IMG/VR virus record: IMGVR_UViG_3300003937_000086
Coordinates: 1-58,475 of that record
From: a virus
Taxonomy: Duplodnaviria; Caudoviricetes
DNA length: 58,475 nt
Direction: 5' to 3' (one strand)
Part shown: positions 1 to 9,849 of the stretch, piece after piece
Layout: each line of letters begins with the position of its first letter
How positions within the stretch are numbered: the first letter of the stretch is position 1
The notes under the pieces: generated by a model
The model's database searches: none
What the model was told of the DNA's origin: nothing
Seen by the model: the letters and a program-made list of their open reading frames with translations, nothing else
Translations under genes and position numbers: made by a program

Positions 1-32
1 ATCATCAACAAAAAATTTAACGGGCTGTCTTT
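1..32. repeat. Terminal 32-bp overlap with 58444-58475 (circular assembly junction)
   Basis: ATCATCAACAAAAAATTTAACGGGCTGTCTTT occurs at both ends, and a reading frame continues across the join. Confidence 0.97.
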
Positions 33-3000
33 CGGTCTTACCGGATACGGGATCGAAGTAAGTCCTTTTCGGTCGTTTACTGGTGTCAAGCTTCGCGTTC
101 TTTGGAGGAGCGAGCTTAGGGTAAGCGGTGTAGACCGCAGAAGCCACAAACTCTGACAGGGACTGCCGTGACGATTCAGACGGCATCGGCAAACCATAGT
201 TTACGTTGGGGTCGAGGTTAAGCGGGAAGCCGTGGCTGATCGCGAAGTCGATGAGCTTGTTAGCTTTCTCTTCTGCGTCAGGGCCACTGAAGGGAGGGTC
301 ATCAAACCTAAGTGTGCCTGACGACGGCCTTGAAGAATACCGCTTTGACTTAGACGGGTCGAATCCACGGCTGTCGCTGTTGGTGGAACTTATGTTGGTT
401 CTGGACTCACCTTGAAGGGAAACACCAACGGACTCTGCGTTAGTTTGTTCTTGGGTAAAGTCGATACTAGGACCGCCAGCGTAGTCTTTAATTTTTCTAG
501 GGGATTTACGACCGTAGTCAAAAGGAGTCTCGGCGGCTGGGACTGAAGGGTCTTCGATACCCTCAATTTTAAGAACCGTGGTATCCTCACTATTATTAAA
601 GTTGATATTCTGCTGGTTTCGGATGTTCTCGAAAGCGATCTCAACGTCAAGTGGGCTGGACTCGTTCAGGGACTGCAAGAACACCTCTGGGTCTACCTGC
701 TGGTCAGTAAATGTATCATCAGGAGTAGTGGGTGACTGTGAGGCAACTCTAAAGTTTTGTTCCTCCTCTGAGAGAGCCATGCTCTCCTGCCCAAGCTCTA
801 TTCTCCGTTGTTCGCGGACGGCGACCTCGGCTTCCCGCTCCTCCGCATTTTCAGGTAGGGTCGATTCGTCATCGAGTTTAGATATCTCTTGGGCGATCTC
901 CTTACTTCTTTTGGCGTTCTCTTTTCTCAGTAACGCCTGCTCAGTAATAGTTGACGACTCTGCGATTTCAGGTGCTGGTTCAGGCGCAGGCGCAGCCGCA
1001 CCACGACCCCTTGCACGGGTCATCATTATCTCACGAACCTGCGCGGCGGCGAGCGGGCTACCTGTTCCTTCAAGCTCAGAAGAAACTTGTTCAGCGAAAT
1101 CATTCATCACCCGAATACGCTGCTCTAGCTGATCCATCGGGGTCACACCTGCGAATCTTGCACCGGCCTGAATAGCGGGAACACCCGCACCGAGAATACC
1201 GCCAACTTGTGCGGCGTGCCACACCTGCTTCATCCTCTCAAGCATCGGCGTGTCCTGATTAAGTGCCACGTCTTCGACGAATGAATTGACTAACTGATCA
1301 ACACCTTCTTCAAAAGCTTCATCGACTACGTTCTTTACGATCTTCTTCCCAAGAGTAGCGGACCCATACTTCTTGATGGAGTCGTTCATTACTTTTGTCA
1401 TGGTTTTTTTGACGGTCTCATTAGTGATACCCCCCGTGTTACCCATTGCTTGTAAAAGCTTTTTAGATTCTCTAAAGGTCATGCCTTTAAGCAAGGCGTC
1501 CTCAACACCTCCGCGACCTATCAGACTGAAGCCAGAAGTGATCACACCTGTGATCGCGCCAGAGGTTAGGGCGAAGCCTAACGCCCTGTCATGAGCTTCC
1601 TCTTCGGTGAGGTTAGGGTCTTTACGTAGCTGGTTGTAAAGTGAGCCGTAGCTCATCGCTCCGCTGCGTGTGGCTGCTGGAACGAAGGTCGCGGGAACCA
1701 AACTAAACTTACTGGAGGCTGCTTTGTTAAATGCTTCAATAGCTTCGATGGTTTTAGCGCGGCCTCCTGTCTCTAACGACTCCCTGATAAGACCTTTAGC
1801 GGCCCTCTCTGCCACTTCTTCGTAACCTTCTTTCGAGCTAGCTCTAAGAACATTACTGGTAAGTGCTTTACCTAATCCCTTAGCGGTGAGCTGCGCTCCG
1901 CCTTTCGCGACACTTCTCACGGCCAAGTAACCCGCGCCAGCAGCACCGCCGGAAACTGAAGCTAAAGCAGCCGTAGCGGCTACGTCCACGATGAGAGGCG
2001 TAACGCTTTCGGTTACGTCTTGAAACAGGCCGTATTGCTCACCAAAAATCTGCGCGACCTCGCGGCGGTCAGACTGTCTCTGAGCCGCATTAGCGAGACC
2101 GTCTTTGGCCCAGTCCGCGCCCATAACAGCGGGAGCGATATACAGAAGGCTGGCGACAGAGTCCCAGACAGAGTAGGCGATCCCCTTAGCACTGTCCAAG
2201 TATTCATTGAAGTTCTCGTCCTTAGCGACGAACTCATCGAAGATGTCTAGGTCATCTCTTCCGGCCTGTCTGCCGGACACAAGAGCTTTCGCCCAGTCGT
2301 CACCGACGGCGGACTCAGACAGGAGCTTGCTGTAGCTCGCGAAGTTTTGTTTGAGAACCTGAACACGGTTATCGAGGAAAAGTTTTTTCTGCTGGGCAGT
2401 AAGTTCAGGATGAGCGGCAAGAGTATTAACCATGTCCTCTTCACGGGCAAAGACTGCGGGGTTCAGGACTGGGCCAAGAGCGGTCTTGTAAAGGTTCTTG
2501 CCTGCTTCAGACGGGTCTTGGTGTAGCTTAAACGCTCCGGTTCTAGCTCCCTCATTAATAACATGGGCTTCGTAAGCGGCGCGGACATCGTCGGGGCTGT
2601 AATTAGCTCCAGAACCGTTCAGCTTCTCAGTGACATACTCAATCGTGTCGTCAAAGGATTGGCGGCTAGCAATATAAATCCTCTTTTTCTTGGCGTTGCT
2701 CTCCTCCGATTCAACGCCAGCAAATGTCAATAGATCGCTAATTCCTCGCGTGACGGTCTCACCCACAGAATCAAAAGCATTCTGATCCTTTCTGGCGAGC
2801 TGGCGAGTGTGTCCGGTAACGTGTTCCGCGACTGAGGCGTCCTGTTGGGCCAACTCAGCGATGCCTTCGGTGATCTCCGCGATCTGCTTGAATTTGTAAA
2901 GTTTAACGTCAAGCCCAGCGACAGGAGAAAGAAGCTTTTGAGCTACCAGACCGTCTTTAAACGACACGCCTCCGATCTTGGAGGCTTTGATCGCCTGATT

Positions 3001-3591
3001 TACGGTCATGTTCTCGGCGGCGTCACCGACTAACAGTTCGCGCTCGCCAGTTTCATTAGTAACGTAAGCCATCGGAATCTGGTTACTCTCCACCAGATTC
3101 CTCTTAACCTCGTCGAATCGGCGGTTAACAACTTCTTCAGACTTTAGTTTAAGACCCGATACTTTATCTTGGTAAGGCTGGACAGTTCCACCAGCGGCGA
3201 CGACTTTCTCGCCTGCCTTATACTCAGTGAGGGTCATCCAGTCTTCGTCATCACTGTTCAGTGCTGCGCGAACATACTCAAACTTTTCCTCAAACGATGG
3301 CTCCTTGGTGGCCGTAAGAGCTTGAATGGCTTCTTCGTCTACTACACCTAGGTCAGCTAACTTAGAATTCAGTGACCCACTAATCTCTCCTTCAATACTA
3401 GGAGTGTAAGCCCCCTGTTCAAGGTAGCCCTCACGGATGTAATCCGAATACTGGACGTAGCTCTGAGGGTCAGCTTCGGTTAATTGATTCTCCTCTGACC
3501 AAACAGAAAAGGGTTTAAGTTCGGGCGGTTTAGGAGCCTCTGTGATCAGAGACTTATCAAAGTCGGTAAGGGAAGAATTCAAATCAGTCAT
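1..3591 (-). CDS. N-terminal 1197 codons of the giant polyvalent/internal virion (ejection) protein; continues across the junction into 58443..49132
   Basis: ATG at 3591 (MTDLNSSL...). The ORF track reports no terminated ORF in this frame and spot translation is open. 3591 is a multiple of 3, and 58443-58398=45, so the frame matches the 3088-aa ORF. Confidence 0.88.
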   Translation of the reverse strand, partial: MTDLNSSLTDFDKSLITEAPKPPELKPFSVWSEENQLTEADPQSYVQYSDYIREGYLEQGAYTPSIEGEISGSLNSKLADLGVVDEEAIQALTATKEPSFEEKFEYVRAALNSDDEDWMTLTEYKAGEKVVAAGGTVQPYQDKVSGLKLKSEEVVNRRFDEVKRNLVESNQIPMAYVTNETGERELLVGDAAENMTVNQAIKASKIGGVSFKDGLVAQKLLSPVAGLDVKLYKFKQIAEITEGIAELAQQDASVAEHVTGHTRQLARKDQNAFDSVGETVTRGISDLLTFAGVESEESNAKKKRIYIASRQSFDDTIEYVTEKLNGSGANYSPDDVRAAYEAHVINEGARTGAFKLHQDPSEAGKNLYKTALGPVLNPAVFAREEDMVNTLAAHPELTAQQKKLFLDNRVQVLKQNFASYSKLLSESAVGDDWAKALVSGRQAGRDDLDIFDEFVAKDENFNEYLDSAKGIAYSVWDSVASLLYIAPAVMGADWAKDGLANAAQRQSDRREVAQIFGEQYGLFQDVTESVTPLIVDVAATAALASVSGGAAGAGYLAVRSVAKGGAQLTAKGLGKALTSNVLRASSKEGYEEVAERAAKGLIRESLETGGRAKTIEAIEAFNKAASSKFSLVPATFVPAATRSGAMSYGSLYNQLRKDPNLTEEEAHDRALGFALTSGAITGVITSGFSLIGRGGVEDALLKGMTFRESKKLLQAMGNTGGITNETVKKTMTKVMNDSIKKYGSATLGKKIVKNVVDEAFEEGVDQLVNSFVEDVALNQDTPMLERMKQVWHAAQVGGILGAGVPAIQAGARFAGVTPMDQLEQRIRVMNDFAEQVSSELEGTGSPLAAAQVREIMMTRARGRGAAAPAPEPAPEIAESSTITEQALLRKENAKRSKEIAQEISKLDDESTLPENAEEREAEVAVREQRRIELGQESMALSEEEQNFRVASQSPTTPDDTFTDQQVDPEVFLQSLNESSPLDVEIAFENIRNQQNINFNNSEDTTVLKIEGIEDPSVPAAETPFDYGRKSPRKIKDYAGGPSIDFTQEQTNAESVGVSLQGESRTNISSTNSDSRGFDPSKSKRYSSRPSSGTLRFDDPPFSGPDAEEKANKLIDFAISHGFPLNLDPNVNYGLPMPSESSRQSLSEFVASAVYTAYPKLAPPKNAKLDTSKRPKRTYFDPVSGKTERQPVKFFVDD

Positions 3592-3627
3592 AGCTGAAGA
3601 GGTTTGTGTTGTGTTGTTTGGTGGAGT

Positions 3628-4653
3628 TTAACTATTGTTGAGGGTCTCTATTGTGCTTGCCTTTTTAGGCTGGCCGTATTGTCCGAGAATTGTCTGTTGC
3701 TCTAAGACTTTCGCAACGGTTGACCGGAACAGATCTTTTGTATTCGCATTTTCTACGGCTTCTCGATTCACCGCAATACCAGACCTCCTCATGACATCAA
3801 CATAAAGCTCTTGAAGTGTTATTTTGTCCTCTTCCTTGAAGTTAAAGCCCTCGGAGACTTTGTCAACAATCTGCTGGATGTCGCCGCCAGCCTTTGGTGC
3901 GGTCATATTTTCCCATTGATTCTGCGTGGACTTGGTAGTCATGCTCCTTAAAGCACTTTCATCCGATTTATAACGAGCGGCTACTTTAGCTATAGCCGCC
4001 GAATTGGCCGCTGCTGTCAATTTATCAGATTCCGCTTTCGTTTTTGCGTCCTTTGCGTCTTTAAACACGTCAGATAGTTCGATGTAGGATTGCTCTGCGT
4101 CGTCAACTACGGGTCCGGCTGCTGCTCTTGTTTGTTCAGTAGCCCCCTGTTGAGCGAGCATAGTCATAATGCCAAACTTGCGGGACTCCGCTTTCTCTGC
4201 TTCGCGCTCTTCTTTTTCTTGGCGGATGCGATCCACGTTAAGTGAATTATTAGCAGAGGTGAAAAGAGTCCCGATAAGCGGGTTGTGTTGCATGGAAGGA
4301 GCATACTGCATCTGAAGACCGAGCAAATCCTTGGTCGCGGTATACGAATCCTTTTCAGGATCATTCGTAATGGCGTCGAGCTGACTCATGAGGTCGGGCA
4401 GCTTTTCCATGAATTCTAGCTGGGACTTAGCCTTCTGTCGAGACTGCGCCAGACTGAACTTCTGCGTTTCATAGGCTAGGTCTTGCCTCTGCATTGACAT
4501 AGCGTGCTGCTCTATTTTCATAGTCTGCATACGCATAGGCATCAGGACATCCTGACGATACTTCATCGATTGGTCAAAACCTCTTTCGCCAGCGAGCATT
4601 GGGAAATACTGCTGGCGTAGTGGGGCGATATCTTGGTTGTAGTCGATAGCCAT
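3628..4653 (-). CDS. Putative internal virion (ejection) protein, helical/coiled-coil, 341 aa
   Basis: Q/E/K/A-rich helical ORF directly upstream of the giant protein; position typical of podovirus core genes. Confidence 0.55.
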   Translation of the reverse strand: MAIDYNQDIAPLRQQYFPMLAGERGFDQSMKYRQDVLMPMRMQTMKIEQHAMSMQRQDLAYETQKFSLAQSRQKAKSQLEFMEKLPDLMSQLDAITNDPEKDSYTATKDLLGLQMQYAPSMQHNPLIGTLFTSANNSLNVDRIRQEKEEREAEKAESRKFGIMTMLAQQGATEQTRAAAGPVVDDAEQSYIELSDVFKDAKDAKTKAESDKLTAAANSAAIAKVAARYKSDESALRSMTTKSTQNQWENMTAPKAGGDIQQIVDKVSEGFNFKEEDKITLQELYVDVMRRSGIAVNREAVENANTKDLFRSTVAKVLEQQTILGQYGQPKKASTIETLNNS

Positions 4654-4661
4654 TTTAGTGG

Positions 4662-5759
4662 TTACTTGTAAGATTGGTTAGATATCGGCGGGTAACCGAA
4701 TTCCCCAAATCTATTCCAGTTATCCATAGGATCTCTAAGATCTTTAATCGAAGATTTTGAATCTTCTTTTTTTTCTTTTTCTGTGATCCCAAGACCACTG
4801 GTAATGTTCTGGAAAAAACTTTTTGCGCTGTCGGCATAAGCCTTATCTTGCCTTTGGGCTTCTCTCCCAGCCTGAAGTTTCTGAGCCATTCTCTGATTCC
4901 TCAATTCAGGCGTGTCGATTCGCGGCTCTCCCATACGCACAAGCTCTCTCTGCATTGCCATCTCGCCTGCTTGTTTGGTATGTCCTCTACGGAAGAGCCT
5001 GCGCTCTGCATTACGATACTTAGTACTCTCAGGGCTGACTGTTGTTGCTGGTGTGGATCTTTGATTCGCAGTGAGTCCTTGGCTCAACGCTCCACCACTA
5101 CCGAATTTGTAGCCGGAGTCATTAGACCGAATATCCATTGCTGTAAGAGGTGAACCATAGTTAGCCTCATATATAGCGCGATTAGTAGCTTCTTCAGGCG
5201 ATGAAAAACTTGTACCTTTGATTTTGTTTTTAGCCATCGCTGAGTCAAATGCTTTGCCAGACACACCTTCGTATTTACCAAGTTCTTCTTTTGCTTTATT
5301 TAAAGTTTCTGTCGTTAGCTTACCGGCTCCTGAGAGTTTCTTGAGTTCGTCCATATACTCATACCTCATGGGAGACCCCGATGGCTGAATTTTGTTTTTT
5401 GCCATCGTCGAATCAAACAATTCAGGAGACACACCCGCATACTTATTAAGGTCTTCTTTCTTTTGATTGAATATTTCAGGGGTTAGCTTACGCCTCTTTG
5501 CGAGGCTTTTCATTTCGTTGAACGTATCAAGCCTCACGTTTGAAGGCTTAATTTGCTGTTCAGTCATCGTGTCATCAAATGCTTTGCCAGACACACCTTC
5601 GTATTTACCAAGTTCTTCTTTCGCTTGATTTAATACGTCGGGGGTTAGTAAACTCTTATTTGAGCGTTTTTTTAGCTCATCGAAGAAATCTTTTCTCATG
5701 CCTGAAGGGTCAGGCGCATACATACCGTACTTGTTGAAGTTATCGCTAGGGTCTCTCAT
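4662..5759 (-). CDS. Putative internal virion protein with three ~55-aa internal repeats
   Basis: Repeats of ...ELKK...LT...LN.AKEELGKYEGVSGKAFD..M....I; exact DNA repeat at about 5245-5291 and 5575-5621. Confidence 0.55.
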   Translation of the reverse strand: MRDPSDNFNKYGMYAPDPSGMRKDFFDELKKRSNKSLLTPDVLNQAKEELGKYEGVSGKAFDDTMTEQQIKPSNVRLDTFNEMKSLAKRRKLTPEIFNQKKEDLNKYAGVSPELFDSTMAKNKIQPSGSPMRYEYMDELKKLSGAGKLTTETLNKAKEELGKYEGVSGKAFDSAMAKNKIKGTSFSSPEEATNRAIYEANYGSPLTAMDIRSNDSGYKFGSGGALSQGLTANQRSTPATTVSPESTKYRNAERRLFRRGHTKQAGEMAMQRELVRMGEPRIDTPELRNQRMAQKLQAGREAQRQDKAYADSAKSFFQNITSGLGITEKEKKEDSKSSIKDLRDPMDNWNRFGEFGYPPISNQSYK

Positions 5760-5789
5760 AGTTGTTCTGCGGTTAATTAATTTAGGAGG

Positions 5790-6083
5790 CTACCAGAGGT
5801 GCTTGCAGGCCCAGTGGCGTGCGGTTGTCTTGTCTTTAGCGGTTTTGCAGTTGTGTCTGGCCCTGAAATTAGCCCGACGCTTTGGGTTCTTGTGCTTTGT
5901 AAAATCGCTGTAATCACGATGTCCATACGAGACTTTCTTGATTTTGTCCCCTTCCTTGCCTAACACGACAAATTTTTTTTTCGACCCTTTCGGGGCGCGT
6001 TTAGGCTTATTAAAGCCAGCGAACGTCTCGCCGTGGTATTGGATACGGCCAGAGGGGAGCCGCTTGAATCGTTTATTCGCCAC
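5790..6083 (-). CDS. Small basic protein of a widespread viral family (KKF.V...V.YG...RRANFRARHNC...A.HWAC..LW)
   Basis: K/R-rich 97-aa ORF with its own promoter; motif recognised from marine phage hypotheticals. Confidence 0.75.
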   Translation of the reverse strand: MANKRFKRLPSGRIQYHGETFAGFNKPKRAPKGSKKKFVVLGKEGDKIKKVSYGHRDYSDFTKHKNPKRRANFRARHNCKTAKDKTTARHWACKHLW

Positions 6084-6089
6084 AGGCAG

Positions 6090-6118
6090 AAGATACAGGT
6101 TTTAGGAACAAGTGTCAA
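6090..6118 (-). promoter_or_regulatory. Sigma70-type promoter giving a leaderless mRNA
   Basis: TTGACA-17-TATCTT, then 6 nt to the GTG at 6083. Confidence 0.75.
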
Positions 6119-6135
6119 TCTTCGGGATTCGGGGC

Positions 6136-6213
6136 AAAAAAACTTTTCTCCCAGACCTTTAGTACCCCTCTATTTATAAAGGAGTACTAAGAGCCTCAGA
6201 GAAAAGTTTTTTT
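6136..6213. repeat. ~78-bp imperfect palindrome, copy A (inverted relative to copies B and C); possible terminator of terL
   Basis: AAAACTTTTCT...TTAGTACCCCTCTATTTATAAAGGAGTACTAA...AGAAAAGTTTT immediately after the terL stop. Confidence 0.85.
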
Positions 6214-8003
6214 TAGCTGATCAGACTGGTGTCGGGATTATTGAGCGCACCACTAAGACTTTTAATCGTAACCTGTTTCCTGAACCCCGCATCCTTCTCG
6301 TCTTTCGGGGGGTCGATGGCCACTAGCCCCATACGCTGGCGAGCGCAATCGAGAGCCAGAAACGCAGCATCTGCCAAGTCTGGACTGCGGCCAAACCGTG
6401 CCTTGAACTCTGGTTTCGACTCGATCTTCACTCTCAGCGTGCCTGTTCCCTTCGTCATGTCGTAGTTTCTGGCACACATTTCCTGTGCGAGATCCGATGA
6501 TACACCGTAAATTTGCTTAGTTCTCAGCAGTTCCTTGCCCACGAACCAGAGTTCGGAGACCCTATTCGTGTAGAGTTCGGCTCCGGTAAGCTGGCTGTTC
6601 TGGCTCACACGCTTGTCGGAAGCTTTCCCACCGAACGTCACCCGCATGAAGGAACTCTCCCACTCACCAGCCAGAACGTCGCAGAACGGCGCACCCGCTC
6701 CGGTCGAGTCGAGTGCCACGTTGTTAGCAGATATATTGCGGCGTTTACAGTGGTCAATAATCTGGTGGACGATCTGGTAGGTTCGGGGAACAGCTTTATT
6801 AGTGGCGTCGTCATTTAGGTGGATTGCCTCTCCCAATTTACATACATACTGACCGTTTCGGGCGTATCCGACTTCGGCGGTATACATAATAGTCCGGTCG
6901 CCCCCGTTGGTGAAGGCCGGATCTATTCCAGCCACCGCCGTCGGTTTTTCGGCCCAATCGACCTCGCCCATCGCGCCACCTTTGGTAAGCTCTGCCTCAG
7001 AGTAGATTCCGGTTGTCTCGTCTGAATCAAAGAAGACGGCGCGAACCATCCTCATATATCCTCTGGACTCCGGCCCCAATAACGCCCTGTCTTCCGCCAG
7101 CTTCTCAGCGGTAGGTAACCAAGGATACTTAACCTCTCCTAAAGTAATGTTGGGACTCCGCTCACCGTCCAGCCGGAGATAGTGGCCGTTCCATTTAGTG
7201 GCCCACCGGTCAGCGGTCTGCGTATCGACGGACTCCCAGCCCTTCTTCGGCTCCGACCAGACGCCGAAGGCATCAAATCGGCTATTTGGGTTGGACATTC
7301 CGATCATTTGGAAAAACGGGTTTTTCGACAGGTTAGTCAATCCAGCCTGCAAGATCGCCTCACTAAGCTCAGAAAGCTCGTCACCGATCATGATCACGCG
7401 CTTTTGCTTGATTCCGATGAATTTTCCGATGGCTTCTCTCGTCTTAGATTTTTCCGCTGCGATAAGAGAAAGACCAGCCCTCTCGATAAGAGTGCCGTTC
7501 TCATCCACATACGCAGCGTTTCCTATTGAATCCCGTATCTTGATCGGCGCACCGTCGATCACGGACAATAGAGACATTACTGAACCCCAGATCCTCTTTC
7601 GTGCTTCCCGTAGCGTGGTAGAGGTCATCAGGACTAGTGTATCGCGTGGCTGAGATAGCCACTGGATGATGCCCCATGCGGCCATCGTGTGTGACTTTCC
7701 GCTACTGGCTGACCCGCCAACCGCCAGATACTTGTGCTTAATAGCAGCCCGAATCATTTGTTCCGCCCAAGGATGGCGGACCATCATATGCTCTGGTAAA
7801 TCGTCGCGGTTCCAGAGTTCGTCGCAGACTCGCCAGAAGTAGAACTCCTTGGCCTTGTCGTTCGGGTGGTGCGCGAAACCGTAAAGTAAAGCGGTAAGGA
7901 GACTGGTGGGCTGGATCATTAGACCGCCCACGTCCATTTTCTTGGATTGTGGATCGATGCGCGGCTCTAGAACGCGCTTGCGCTTGTCTGCTTCTGAGGG
8001 CAT
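6213..8003 (-). CDS. terL: Terminase large subunit
   Basis: Walker A GSASSGKS, Walker B MIGDE, motif III MSNP, RNase H-like GIDPA, C-terminal SPDLADA; likely start ATG 8003 (MPSEADK). Confidence 0.92.
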   Translation of the reverse strand: MPSEADKRKRVLEPRIDPQSKKMDVGGLMIQPTSLLTALLYGFAHHPNDKAKEFYFWRVCDELWNRDDLPEHMMVRHPWAEQMIRAAIKHKYLAVGGSASSGKSHTMAAWGIIQWLSQPRDTLVLMTSTTLREARKRIWGSVMSLLSVIDGAPIKIRDSIGNAAYVDENGTLIERAGLSLIAAEKSKTREAIGKFIGIKQKRVIMIGDELSELSEAILQAGLTNLSKNPFFQMIGMSNPNSRFDAFGVWSEPKKGWESVDTQTADRWATKWNGHYLRLDGERSPNITLGEVKYPWLPTAEKLAEDRALLGPESRGYMRMVRAVFFDSDETTGIYSEAELTKGGAMGEVDWAEKPTAVAGIDPAFTNGGDRTIMYTAEVGYARNGQYVCKLGEAIHLNDDATNKAVPRTYQIVHQIIDHCKRRNISANNVALDSTGAGAPFCDVLAGEWESSFMRVTFGGKASDKRVSQNSQLTGAELYTNRVSELWFVGKELLRTKQIYGVSSDLAQEMCARNYDMTKGTGTLRVKIESKPEFKARFGRSPDLADAAFLALDCARQRMGLVAIDPPKDEKDAGFRKQVTIKSLSGALNNPDTSLIS

Positions 8004-8006
8004 AAT
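7978..8006 (+). promoter_or_regulatory. Sigma70-type leaderless promoter for the replication operon; the -10 overlaps the terL start codon
   Basis: TTGCGC-17-CATAAT, 7 nt to ATG 8014. Confidence 0.6.
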
Positions 8007-8013
8007 TAAGTTG

Positions 8014-8655
8014 ATGTCTGAAAAACCTATAAGAGAGTGCGAGGCCGAAGCCTTGCGCCTTAACAAAGAAGGTTACAGTAATAGTGCGATTGGTCAACAC
8101 ATTGGGGTCCACCGCAATACAATTCGTAAATGGCTGAAGAAGCACGGAGTCGCTGCGAAGGTGAACGGGGACACGTCGGACGGTAAGGTTCTCGACAACC
8201 TGATCCAAAACACAAAAGTCAAAGACGAACACCTGAAACCGGACGACGACAAAGACCAGCTTAAAGAAGATATTGAGGAACACTTTAACGAGACGGTTAG
8301 TTCGGCCATTGTTGAAGAACGGTTCCGAGCGTCGAAAGAAGAGGATGTTACCCTTAACGAGATCGCGGAGGCGCAGAACTCACCCGCCGACAAATACCAG
8401 CACTACGTAGCCGCAGCCGGAATTAAGTTACTGCGTGACTCGATGAAGACCCTGCGTGGGCCAAGAACAATCCGCGAGATGTCTGAACTCGACCAGCTTA
8501 TCAGACGTAACTTGGGTCTTAACGCGAAGACTGGCGGAGGCAGTAGTAAGATGCAGATCGATATTTCTATCCTCAACAACTCCAAGGCAGACAAAGGAGG
8601 AGGGGCAATAAAACAGAAAAAAACGATTGACGCAGAGACCGGAAAAGAGATTTAA
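8014..8655 (+). CDS. N-terminal HTH protein, candidate terminase small subunit
   Basis: GYSNSAIGQHIGVHRNTIRKWLKK HTH, helical middle, C-terminal IDISIL strand typical of TerS; adjacent to terL. Confidence 0.6.
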   Translation: MSEKPIRECEAEALRLNKEGYSNSAIGQHIGVHRNTIRKWLKKHGVAAKVNGDTSDGKVLDNLIQNTKVKDEHLKPDDDKDQLKEDIEEHFNETVSSAIVEERFRASKEEDVTLNEIAEAQNSPADKYQHYVAAAGIKLLRDSMKTLRGPRTIREMSELDQLIRRNLGLNAKTGGGSSKMQIDISILNNSKADKGGGAIKQKKTIDAETGKEI

Positions 8656-8665
8656 TACCGTCACA

Positions 8666-8896
8666 ATGTTTGAAGACCGCGAACCCGAAGTAGGGGCAAG
8701 GTTCATTACCCGCGTAGATGAGGGTTCTGATTTCCGATTTCCTGTCGATACCGCCGACGGACTATGGTATCGTGTGAGACCGTCAACGGCTCGCGAAGTG
8801 TTCTACCTGCAATCGTTGCCAAAAGGGATCAGGGTTCTTGTGCCAGCGGAGGGCGACGGCCTACTGATCAGAGGAGATTCAATACCAGTAAAATGA
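8666..8896 (+). CDS. Hypothetical protein
   Basis: ATG 8666; ATGA overlap with the next gene. Confidence 0.6.
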   Translation: MFEDREPEVGARFITRVDEGSDFRFPVDTADGLWYRVRPSTAREVFYLQSLPKGIRVLVPAEGDGLLIRGDSIPVK

Positions 8897-9291
8897 AACC
8901 CGAAACCCTATTCCGTCTCCACGAAGAGACGTGCAAGAAAACGCTCGACATCATGCGTGCGAAGAACAGCGACTACTGCGGCGGCACTGAGACCGTAGAC
9001 GCGCTCGCTAATTTCAAGTCAGCTAAATCGTTAGGACTCCATCCGGTTACCGGATTGCTGCTGAGGATGCAGGATAAACTGATGCGGATTAAGTCGTTCG
9101 TGAACGACGGTCAGTTACAGGTAGCTGGCGAGTCAGTAGACGACGCCTGTGAAGATCTTGTGAACTACTCGATTCTTGCGAAAGCTCTCCTCACTGAGGA
9201 ACGGGATGAACACTGCGAGACGTGCGATGGGCCTGTGGAAGATGACTGCGACAATATGTATTGTCCTGAGTATATCCCCACCCAATTATAA
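8893..9291 (+). CDS. Nucleotide modification-associated domain 1 (DUF1599-like) protein
   Basis: KNSDY...ANF...LLRMQDKLMRI...ESVDDACEDLVNYS pattern. Confidence 0.75.
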   Translation: MKPETLFRLHEETCKKTLDIMRAKNSDYCGGTETVDALANFKSAKSLGLHPVTGLLLRMQDKLMRIKSFVNDGQLQVAGESVDDACEDLVNYSILAKALLTEERDEHCETCDGPVEDDCDNMYCPEYIPTQL

Positions 9292-9305
9292 CTCCTAAAA
9301 TACAA

Positions 9306-9794
9306 TTGATCGTCGGAGTAGACAACGGACTAGATGGCGGACTCTGCGCCATATCGAAACACGACGGCAGTCTCATCGATAAAATCCGTATGCCTACTCT
9401 CCAGATGTCGAAGAAAAAAGAAATCGACATCCGTAAGGTCCATCAATGGATAATGGATCTAAACACCCCCTTTATCTTTGCGGTCGAGGAACCGCTAGCT
9501 CACGCGAAAAGTAGCCAAGCGGTTCGGTCAATGGCGATCTCGTTCGGTAAGCTAGTCGGCATGGCTGAGTCCCACGACTACGAAAACATAATGCGTGTGT
9601 CAGTCCACAAGTGGCAGAAGGTCATGCTGGGCAGAGTTCCTAAAGGTAGGACTAAGGAAGTTGCATTGGAGCTAGCGAATCAGTTAGAGCCATCGGAGAA
9701 CTGGCTGGCTAATAAACGATGCCGGACGCCGCACGACGGCATGATCGATGCTTACCTTATTGCCCGATATATTTGGGGTGGTAAAAAAAGTTGA
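9306..9794 (+). CDS. RuvC-like Holliday junction resolvase
   Basis: IVGVDNGLDGGL, AVEE, SFG, WQK, DG.IDAYLIA motifs. Confidence 0.85.
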   Translation: MIVGVDNGLDGGLCAISKHDGSLIDKIRMPTLQMSKKKEIDIRKVHQWIMDLNTPFIFAVEEPLAHAKSSQAVRSMAISFGKLVGMAESHDYENIMRVSVHKWQKVMLGRVPKGRTKEVALELANQLEPSENWLANKRCRTPHDGMIDAYLIARYIWGGKKS

Positions 9795-9849
9795 AATTTT
9801 TCTGGACGTATTGCCAGACTTCAATTATTTGTCTGTTCATAGACAATAA

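Noticed and set aside
206-3351. Short ORFs listed on both strands in 206-3351
   Set aside because: They are shadow ORFs overlapping the open minus-strand frame of the giant gene
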